Made by a program: the position numbers and the translations under genes. Under the pieces are notes generated by a model. The model did no database searches, was not told the DNA's origin, and saw only the letters and a program-made list of their open reading frames with translations. This document shows positions 28,009 through 35,007 of a stretch of 64,000 nucleotides of DNA, one piece after another; the first letter of the stretch is position 1, and each line of letters begins with the position of its first letter. Source of the stretch: Patescibacteria group bacterium UBA6241 (GTDB taxonomy: Bacteria > Patescibacteriota > Minisyncoccia > Phycocordibacterales > Phycocordibacteraceae); NCBI GenBank assembly GCA_002441425.1, contig DJWB01000001.1, positions 298,712-362,711 on the forward strand. The letters are read 5' to 3'.

Positions 28009-28704
28009 ATGCAAGAAGATTACGACGCGCACGAGGCGCTTGTACGAGAACTAAACGATCCTGCGCTACGTACTGAATACGCGCGCGCTTTTGACAATTA
28101 CCGCACTGGCTTTGTAGCAAATGTGTTTGGATGGCTTCTCGTATCTTCAGGTACTCTGGTATACGGCAAGTACCCCTGCTACGCAAAGTTTAAAGCGATT
28201 GAAGTTATTGCGCGCATTCCATACCAGTCTTGGGAAGTTGCATCCTATACGCTTCTCACAGGATTCTATGCAAACGAGCAGCGCGCAATAGAGCTCACAA
28301 AGACAAGTGCATTCAGCAGACACGCACAGGACAACGAGACCATGCATGTGGTTGTGCTTTCACAGATTGTTAAAAAGCTGCGCTGTGAAGGATTCTTCAG
28401 ACACGTGCTCATTCCCCTCCTATTTGCTTTCTTTTACTTTTGGACTGTATACGTTTTGTACATGCTCTCAAGAAAGTCTGCGCTTGAGTTAAATTATCTA
28501 TTTGAGAACCATGCGTACCATCAATACGAACAATTCTTAATTCAGGATGGAGAGCGGTTGCGAGACACCGCTATTATGTCTGATTTCCTTGTGCATTATG
28601 GAAGGAACCCAAGAAATGAATATGAGTTTTTTGAGTCAGTTCGTAACGACGAACTCATACATAGGAATCGCTCTATTCGCGAACTTCAGGCAAGACTCAA
28701 ATAA
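28009..28704 (+). CDS. Alternative oxidase/PTOX-like membrane di-iron carboxylate protein
   Basis: EVIARIPY, NETMH, FENHAY..Y and RNDELIH supply the E/ExxH/E/ExxH ligands; hydrophobic segment with Tyr. Confidence 0.75.
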   Translation: MQEDYDAHEALVRELNDPALRTEYARAFDNYRTGFVANVFGWLLVSSGTLVYGKYPCYAKFKAIEVIARIPYQSWEVASYTLLTGFYANEQRAIELTKTSAFSRHAQDNETMHVVVLSQIVKKLRCEGFFRHVLIPLLFAFFYFWTVYVLYMLSRKSALELNYLFENHAYHQYEQFLIQDGERLRDTAIMSDFLVHYGRNPRNEYEFFESVRNDELIHRNRSIRELQARLK

Positions 28705-28733
28705 AAAAGCCGCCAGGGTGAGCCGGCGGCTTT
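28704..28733. terminator. Terminator between convergent genes
   Basis: AAAGCCGCC...GGCGGCTTT. Confidence 0.65.
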
Positions 28734-28737
28734 GGGA

Positions 28738-29481
28738 TTACTCCCAGACGAATCCAGTTGCTGCTCCGTGGTCATTCATCCACGGTATCCGAGGCGGGAA
28801 GTGCATGAGCATCAGCCTGCCCTGGTTTGTCTTCCCCAGAACGGTTCGGCTATATGCCTTGTCGCCGTCGTAGTCGTACTCTTCTCCCGGAAAACTTATC
28901 CCGAGATCAAAATACTTTCCGAGTCTCTCTGGGTGCGTCGCAAGAATGGAGGCACCCGAAAGGAAGCTCAATCCGAACTCGTTCTTTGCGAGGTTTTGCA
29001 GTGCGTCTGCATCCGATGTTTTCGCATTGCGCAAACCCAACTGAACCTGCATCACGCAGATATCGCTCTCGGGTTGAGTGGCGCACAGATGGTTGAACAT
29101 CTCCTGGGTTCTTTCCGATACACGGAATCTGTCCGCGTGCTCGTCAATCTCCAGAATGCGGTTGTCCATCTCTCTGGACACACCCTCCGCAAGAAGCTCG
29201 CGCGCCGTAAGCGCATCTGGTCGCGAATCAATCAGATTTCTTCGCAACACAACCGCCCAGCCCTCAGCTCCTTCGGAAAGAGGTATATCGGCGATTTTTT
29301 TTGCGAACTCCGGAACGGAGGATATATCAATCTCCATTCCGAGGCGTGCGCAGACGGCCTTGAGCCGCTCCGCTTGAAGTTCAAGTGGCAAGAGCCCCTC
29401 AAACCCCTCAGGGTATCCTGGCTCTTTGCGATTCAGCAGCATGTAAATTCCCTTGTCGTGAACAAAATATCCCAGCCACAA
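28738..29481 (-). CDS. Hypothetical orphan protein
   Basis: Long ORF, GC-richer than its neighbours; true start may be the ATG near 29442 after AAGGGA. Confidence 0.6.
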   Translation of the reverse strand: MWLGYFVHDKGIYMLLNRKEPGYPEGFEGLLPLELQAERLKAVCARLGMEIDISSVPEFAKKIADIPLSEGAEGWAVVLRRNLIDSRPDALTARELLAEGVSREMDNRILEIDEHADRFRVSERTQEMFNHLCATQPESDICVMQVQLGLRNAKTSDADALQNLAKNEFGLSFLSGASILATHPERLGKYFDLGISFPGEEYDYDGDKAYSRTVLGKTNQGRLMLMHFPPRIPWMNDHGAATGFVWE

Positions 29482-29664
29482 TGCTTAGGATTTCTATCCA
29501 TAGAATAACATAAAAATCCTCTAAGTCAAAAATAGATTTACTTTATCCCCTTCCCATCTTGTTATTCCGTGCTGTTTGTAGCATACTGCAAATAACTCGC
29601 CGAAACTCCAAATTGCCCCTAAGCGTTCGGCATCAGCGAGGTTATTACGTATCTACAAGCCCTC

Positions 29665-30042
29665 ATGGCAACAAGCAAACTATATGTTGGCGGTATCCCA
29701 TACCGCACAACCGAGGACGAGCTCCGCACCGCTTTTGAAGAAGCAGGCGCAGTTGTATCCGCAAGCATTATTAGCGACCGCATGACCGGCCGTTCACGCG
29801 GCTTTGGTTTCGTGGAAATGGCAGACGAGGCTGGTGCCCAGGCTGCTATTGACCGTTGGGACGGAAAGGAATTTGACGGGCGCATGCTCTCAGTTTCTAA
29901 CGCTCGCCCACAGGGAGACCGACCTCCTCGCGAGGGTGGTTTCGGTGGTGGAAACCGCGGCGGAGGCTTTGGTGGCGGTAATCGTGGAGGAAACGGCGGC
30001 TTCGGCGGCGGTGACCGCGGTGGCTACCAGGGCGGCTACTAA
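29665..30042 (+). CDS. RRM RNA-binding protein with Gly/RGG-rich tail
   Basis: RNP2 LYVGGI, RNP1 RGFGFVEM. Confidence 0.95.
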   Translation: MATSKLYVGGIPYRTTEDELRTAFEEAGAVVSASIISDRMTGRSRGFGFVEMADEAGAQAAIDRWDGKEFDGRMLSVSNARPQGDRPPREGGFGGGNRGGGFGGGNRGGNGGFGGGDRGGYQGGY

Positions 30043-30057
30043 TCAGTAGTTTCGCAG

Positions 30058-30090
30058 GTAAAAGCCCCTCCATTAAGGAGGGGCTTTTAC
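30058..30090 (+). terminator. Intrinsic terminator
   Basis: GTAAAAGCCCCTCC-attaa-GGAGGGGCTTTTAC. Confidence 0.8.
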
Positions 30091-30119
30091 GTTACTTCCT
30101 TCTCACGTATGCTCATCTT

Positions 30120-30875
30120 ATGGATTCGCATCGTTCACTAGAGATTGGCCAGCTTCTTAGAGATAAGTATGGGGGAGATCCGAAAGCAGACCTTACACAA
30201 GATATTGCCCGGCTTGATGCCGGGGAACCTTTAGCGTATGTGATTGGATGGATTCCCTTTCTAGGACTCACCATTCGTCTTGATTCACATCCTCTTATTC
30301 CCCGCCCTGAGACTGAGTGGTGGACTGAAGAGTTGATTGCGCATCTTAAAGACTTGTTTGGAGATACTCCATTTAGACTGCTTGATATGTGTGCGGGGTC
30401 TGGAGCTATTGGATTAAGTGTTTTAAAGCACCTACCTCACTCGCATGTTTCCTTCGGAGAACTTGTTCCAGAGCATGCAGCACTTATTGGAGCGAACCTA
30501 AAAGAGAATCATATTGGTCCTGCACGCGCTGACATTCGTTCTGGAGATCTTTTTGCCCCGTTTGCAGGAGAGAGGTTTTCAATTATCGTATCCAATCCCC
30601 CCTACGTCCCGAGCGAAAGAACTCTTGAGAAGAGTGTGACTTTTTATGAACCAGCGTCAGCACTCTACGCAGGCACAGAGGGACTTGAAATTATTGAGAG
30701 AATTGCGAGAGAGGCTCCGTCGTATATACAGACTCCTGGAGAACTTTGGGTAGAGGCCGATATATCAAATGTTGCACAGACAGGCATATTGCTTAAGGAG
30801 CATGGGGCTACGCGCCTTGATCTACGCAACGATCAGTATGGCAGACCACGGCTCGTCGTGGGATACTACGAGTAA
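30120..30875 (+). CDS. prmC: Release factor glutamine methyltransferase
   Basis: GEPLAYVIG, LIPRPETE, DMCAGSG, SNPPY. Confidence 0.9.
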   Translation: MDSHRSLEIGQLLRDKYGGDPKADLTQDIARLDAGEPLAYVIGWIPFLGLTIRLDSHPLIPRPETEWWTEELIAHLKDLFGDTPFRLLDMCAGSGAIGLSVLKHLPHSHVSFGELVPEHAALIGANLKENHIGPARADIRSGDLFAPFAGERFSIIVSNPPYVPSERTLEKSVTFYEPASALYAGTEGLEIIERIAREAPSYIQTPGELWVEADISNVAQTGILLKEHGATRLDLRNDQYGRPRLVVGYYE

Positions 30876-31111
30876 TGCAGCCCATTGAGCCGCTCGTTCT
30901 CCCACCCTTTCTAAGTCAGATTGACCCCTCTAAGGTTGTCTCACTGTTTTTTGTAGTGCTCTTTATTATCTGGGTTATCTATACGATCGTAACGAGCTAT
31001 CACTGGCTACGCTATGGACATAGAAGTTCTGTAGCAATTCCTGCGCTCATTACTCACGTGCTCGTATCAGGCTTTCTAGCGCTATACGCCATTAGCGGCT
31101 TTACGTATTAA
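30875..31111 (+). CDS. Small membrane protein
   Basis: Two TM helices with YHWLRYG; overlaps the prmC stop. Confidence 0.7.
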   Translation: MQPIEPLVLPPFLSQIDPSKVVSLFFVVLFIIWVIYTIVTSYHWLRYGHRSSVAIPALITHVLVSGFLALYAISGFTY

Positions 31112-31114
31112 TGT

Positions 31115-31672
31115 ATGGAGGAATTTGAACTAGAACCAGATGAGCGCGTGATTCGCACGGTACGCAAGCATTGGTTTGTCTTGCTTGTAACAGCAATTCC
31201 CTTTGCGCTCCTCGCCTGGCTCCCAACACTTATCCCGGGGATCCTTGCACGTATGTCTGAGTCTGCCTTCCCGCTTCTGCCGTTACTTACTGCAGAGAGT
31301 CCTTGGTTTCGTCTATTCTTGGGACTCTGGTGGCTCCTTATATGGATCGGAGCGTTTAATGCATTTACGCAGTACTACTTAAATCATTGGGTTATCACGA
31401 GTCTTCGTATTGTGCGCATCCGTCAACATGGATTCTTTAGCAGGGATGTTTCTAGCTTCTTGCTCTCTCATGTCCAGGACGTAACAACAAACGTGCATGG
31501 TATTTTTGCAGACTTACTTGGATACGGATCTGTTCAGGTTGAAACTGCAGGAACAGCGTCCAAGAACTTCATAATGGACGGTATTGAGGATCCGCAAGGT
31601 ATGCGCGATCTTATTATGCGAGAAATTGCTGAGCTGTATAAGAGAAGAAACTCTACACATATTGGTCTCTAG
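31115..31672 (+). CDS. Membrane protein with bacterial PH domain
   Basis: RKHW, two TM helices, WVITSLRI...GFFSR...VQDVT...LLGYGSVQVETAG. Confidence 0.8.
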   Translation: MEEFELEPDERVIRTVRKHWFVLLVTAIPFALLAWLPTLIPGILARMSESAFPLLPLLTAESPWFRLFLGLWWLLIWIGAFNAFTQYYLNHWVITSLRIVRIRQHGFFSRDVSSFLLSHVQDVTTNVHGIFADLLGYGSVQVETAGTASKNFIMDGIEDPQGMRDLIMREIAELYKRRNSTHIGL

Positions 31673-31717
31673 GCAGATAGGCTCCCTATCCCTCGCTTCA
31701 TCTGTTAAAATCACTCT

Positions 31718-32995
31718 ATGAGCGGCAAGCCGTCCCTAACAACTGATTCATACAAAGGCGTACGCGACTTCTACCCAGGCGATTGGGCACGATTGTCCGC
31801 TGCTTTTGCCCAAGTACGAGAGGTTCTCTCTTCTTGGGGGTATGAGGAATACCAGGCCTCTCCTCTTGAGCGCTCTGAATTGTATGAGAGCAAAGGAAAC
31901 GAGGAGATTATACGAGACCAGACTTATAGCTTTGAGGATCGCGGCGGACGTCGGGTTACGCTTCGTCCCGAGATGACACCAACGCTCGCACGAATGGTTG
32001 CAGGAAAAAGGCGTGAGCTTGCCTTTCCACTTCGCTGGTTTTCAATTGGAAACAGGTTTAGGTATGAACGTCCACAAAAAGGACGACTGCGAGAATTCTT
32101 CCAGACTGATGTTGATTTAGTAGGCCTTCCCGAAGGCGAAGCTGATTTGGAGATAGTGCAGCTCGCACATGCCATCTTCCGATCCTTTGGAGCTACAGAG
32201 AAGGACTTTGTTATACGGGTTAATTCCCGTGCGCTCTTGTCTGCTGCATGTAAGGCTACTGGCTACACGGACGAGGAAGGAGTGCGTGAATACTGGCAGC
32301 TCCTAGACCGCAAAGCGAAAATGTCTCCTGAGGAATTTGCACTAGCTCGGGGATCACGACCAGATCCACTAAGCGCAGTTGAAGAAGCATCGGATCCTTC
32401 TGTTAAGGAGGAGAAAGAGAAACTGCTTGCATGTATTGAGACACTTAAGTCTAGAGGTATTTCAAATATTAAATTTGAGCCTGAGATAGTACGCGGATTT
32501 GATTACTACACCGGAATCGTATTTGAGATTCAGGATACTTCCCCTGAAAATCCAAGAGCTTTGCTTGGAGGCGGCAGGTATGACGGACTCGTATCTCTGT
32601 TTGGAGGAGATCCACTCCCTGCAGTTGGGTTTGCATTTGGAGATGTAGGACTTATGGACTTCCTAACTACCCATAACTTGCTCCCTGAGAGCGCAAATGT
32701 TCCTCATCTATATATTGGAACTCCAACACCTGCTGATATTCCTGGTGCACAGGCATATGCCGCAACACTTAGAGAGAAAACAATGTTCCGTACTTTCGTT
32801 AACTTAACGGAGAAGTCTTTGGGAGACCAGATTAAAGATGCCGTTAAAAGAAAGATTCCTTACTTTATTGCATACGGCTCTGAGGAAGCTGCGAAGAAAT
32901 CAGTTCGTCTTAAAGAACTAGCAACAGGAAAGGAAGAGGAGCTTTTGCAAGATATTGTTATGCAGCATATATACGCTAAGGAACAGAACTCATAA
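31718..32995 (+). CDS. hisS: Histidine--tRNA ligase
   Basis: LRPEMTP, FRYERPQKGRLREF, VRGFDYYTG, GGGRYD. Confidence 0.95.
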   Translation: MSGKPSLTTDSYKGVRDFYPGDWARLSAAFAQVREVLSSWGYEEYQASPLERSELYESKGNEEIIRDQTYSFEDRGGRRVTLRPEMTPTLARMVAGKRRELAFPLRWFSIGNRFRYERPQKGRLREFFQTDVDLVGLPEGEADLEIVQLAHAIFRSFGATEKDFVIRVNSRALLSAACKATGYTDEEGVREYWQLLDRKAKMSPEEFALARGSRPDPLSAVEEASDPSVKEEKEKLLACIETLKSRGISNIKFEPEIVRGFDYYTGIVFEIQDTSPENPRALLGGGRYDGLVSLFGGDPLPAVGFAFGDVGLMDFLTTHNLLPESANVPHLYIGTPTPADIPGAQAYAATLREKTMFRTFVNLTEKSLGDQIKDAVKRKIPYFIAYGSEEAAKKSVRLKELATGKEEELLQDIVMQHIYAKEQNS

Positions 32996-32997
32996 CT

Positions 32998-33576
32998 ATG
33001 CGGGAGATAACGTTTGATATTGAAACTGCGAATATACTTCCCTCTCTAGCCAGGCAAGATGTTACTCGTCTTGAGCTTGCGGTTGTTGCAATTCACGATT
33101 CTGAGACTGGAGAATTTTCCTCATATGCAAAGGAGGAACTTCCAAAACTTTGGCCCATTCTTGAAAAGGCAGATACGCTCATTGGATACAACTCCAACTC
33201 TTTTGATATTCCCCTTCTTAATCACTACTACCCCGGAGATCTAACCCAGATACACTCAGTTGATCTTATGGTTGAGGTTCAGCAAGTGCTTGGACGCAGA
33301 CTCAGGCTTCAGTCTATTGCGGAAGCTACACTAAAAGTTGGGAAATCTGGAGACGGGTTGCAGTCTGTGCGCTGGTGGCAAGAAGGGTTATACGACAAAG
33401 TACGTGAGTACTGCATTCAGGATGTACGTATTACACGTCAGCTATATGACTACGCCCTTGAGAAGGGTGTTCTGAAGTACAAGGACCTTAAAGATATACG
33501 AGACGTGAAGATAAATACTTCTTCATGGCAGGAGCCGAAAGCTCCTCCTGCATTTACGCATACACTTGAGCTGTAG
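32998..33576 (+). CDS. RNase H-like DEDD 3'-5' exonuclease domain protein (YprB-like)
   Basis: FDIET, GYNSNSFDIP, YCIQDV. Confidence 0.8.
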   Translation: MREITFDIETANILPSLARQDVTRLELAVVAIHDSETGEFSSYAKEELPKLWPILEKADTLIGYNSNSFDIPLLNHYYPGDLTQIHSVDLMVEVQQVLGRRLRLQSIAEATLKVGKSGDGLQSVRWWQEGLYDKVREYCIQDVRITRQLYDYALEKGVLKYKDLKDIRDVKINTSSWQEPKAPPAFTHTLEL

Positions 33577-33642
33577 CTTGAGTTTTTTGAATAGTGTGTT
33601 ATTTTACTTCCATAGTACCTTTTGGCTGCTTTGGAGGACCAC

Positions 33643-34035
33643 ATGCGTACATATATCCACGTTGTTGGGCCCATAAATCCCGATGACGCAATCGCCGAGC
33701 TCTATGTGAGGAAGGAGCTGCCGGGAGACTTCCGCGTCCAGTTTATTGATCACGATTCGGACGTCACTCAGGTCACTGCTACAGTCGGCGGAATGACCCG
33801 TGAAGAACAAGACGCAAACCAGCAAGCCAAGGTAAGCGTTCTTGAACTGATCGGGCTTGGCCTCGTACAGATCATTCCCAATGCCACTGTGGTCGTAAAG
33901 CACGACCGAGGCATCTTCACCGAGTTCAGGAGCGAATACACCCCCAGGACGCCGCCGCCTAAATCCCCTGCTCTACGCACCCCGCGCGTAGAGCAGTTTC
34001 ATTTCCATACATGCTATGATTTTTGTATATGGTAG
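33643..34035 (+). CDS. Hypothetical orphan protein; 3' end may be frameshifted
   Basis: GGAGG SD before ATG 33643; ORF runs through a terminator-like hairpin near 33969-33996. Confidence 0.5.
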   Translation: MRTYIHVVGPINPDDAIAELYVRKELPGDFRVQFIDHDSDVTQVTATVGGMTREEQDANQQAKVSVLELIGLGLVQIIPNATVVVKHDRGIFTEFRSEYTPRTPPPKSPALRTPRVEQFHFHTCYDFCIW

Positions 34036-34727
34036 ACACAGAGCGAATCCGTCGTGAGTACTTTCTTCCGGGCGCCATTGTTATAGCGGGACTTATACTC
34101 GCAACAGCGGTATACGTTGTACGTAGCGACACTTCTCCTAAACTAACTGGAGGCAATCCTGAAGCTGTTCGTCCAGTAACTCCAGCAGATCATATTATTG
34201 GAAACCCTGAAGCGAAGGTAAAGATTGTTGAGTACGCCGATATTGATTCTGAGTACAGCAAGCAGTTCCAAGCAACCATGCAGCAGATTATGAGTGAGTA
34301 TGCTGCAGGCGGGCAGGTTGCATGGGTGTACAGACACTTCCCACTTCTGGATAGACACGCCGCGGCAGGCTCTCATGCTGAGGCAGCCGAATGTGCTGCT
34401 TTCCTTGGAGACAATGATGCGTTCTGGCGCTTTATTGACGCTGTTCAGGCTGCCGCTCCTCGAGAAAACCAGTTCTCTCCTTCAGGATATCCAGCTATTG
34501 TTTCTCAACTTGCACTACCTCCAGGCGAGTTTAATCTCTGTCTTACCAACGGACGTTTTACTAAGAAGGTCTATGACGATATAGCTAACGCTCTTGCGTC
34601 TGGTGCAGAAGGTGCCCCTTATACTGTTCTCGTAATTGAAGGCCAGAAGCCTATAGCGATTAACGGTGCGCTCACATATGAGAACATGAAGCAGGTTATA
34701 GAGGATGCTCTTGTGAAGGCACAGTAG
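34029..34727 (+). CDS. DsbA/BdbD-like thioredoxin-fold protein lacking CxxC
   Basis: TM anchor, DHIIGNPEA.V.IVEYAD, SEYS at the CxxC position, YRHFPL, AEAAECA, GAP. Confidence 0.8.
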   Translation: MVDTERIRREYFLPGAIVIAGLILATAVYVVRSDTSPKLTGGNPEAVRPVTPADHIIGNPEAKVKIVEYADIDSEYSKQFQATMQQIMSEYAAGGQVAWVYRHFPLLDRHAAAGSHAEAAECAAFLGDNDAFWRFIDAVQAAAPRENQFSPSGYPAIVSQLALPPGEFNLCLTNGRFTKKVYDDIANALASGAEGAPYTVLVIEGQKPIAINGALTYENMKQVIEDALVKAQ

Positions 34728-34790
34728 TATTTGACAGTCAGTTCTCACGTGTGAAAATTAAGGTATTGTCACTCACTAGCATATAGATCT

Positions 34791-34976
34791 ATGTTTGAAA
34801 AAATGTTTAAGAATCCGGAAGCAAAGAAACCTGAGCCATCTAATGTAGTTGAGCTTAAGGCTCCTGGCGTTATTGTTCATCCAGGAACAGGCGAAGTACT
34901 TGGGAGCGCCTCCACACCTGAGGAAGCAGCGGATCTAATTCGCCAAGCATCAGAGGATAGACGCGAAGCAGCGTAA
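34791..34976 (+). CDS. Small hypothetical protein, 61 aa
   Basis: ORF with TTGACA upstream and a terminator directly after. Confidence 0.6.
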   Translation: MFEKMFKNPEAKKPEPSNVVELKAPGVIVHPGTGEVLGSASTPEEAADLIRQASEDRREAA

Positions 34977-35007
34977 CAAAAGAGCCCCTCGCGGGGCTCT
35001 TTTGTTA
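34974..35007. terminator. Bidirectional terminator
   Basis: TAACAAAAGAGCCCC-tcgc-GGGGCTCTTTTGTTA. Confidence 0.8.

Noticed and set aside
28732-29508. 258-aa plus-strand ORF
   Set aside because: Antisense shadow of 28738-29481; promoter, SD-like motif and terminator favour the minus strand.
29935-30040. Short GGC/GGT tandem repeats
   Set aside because: They encode the Gly/RGG tail of the RRM protein; not CRISPR or a VNTR element.
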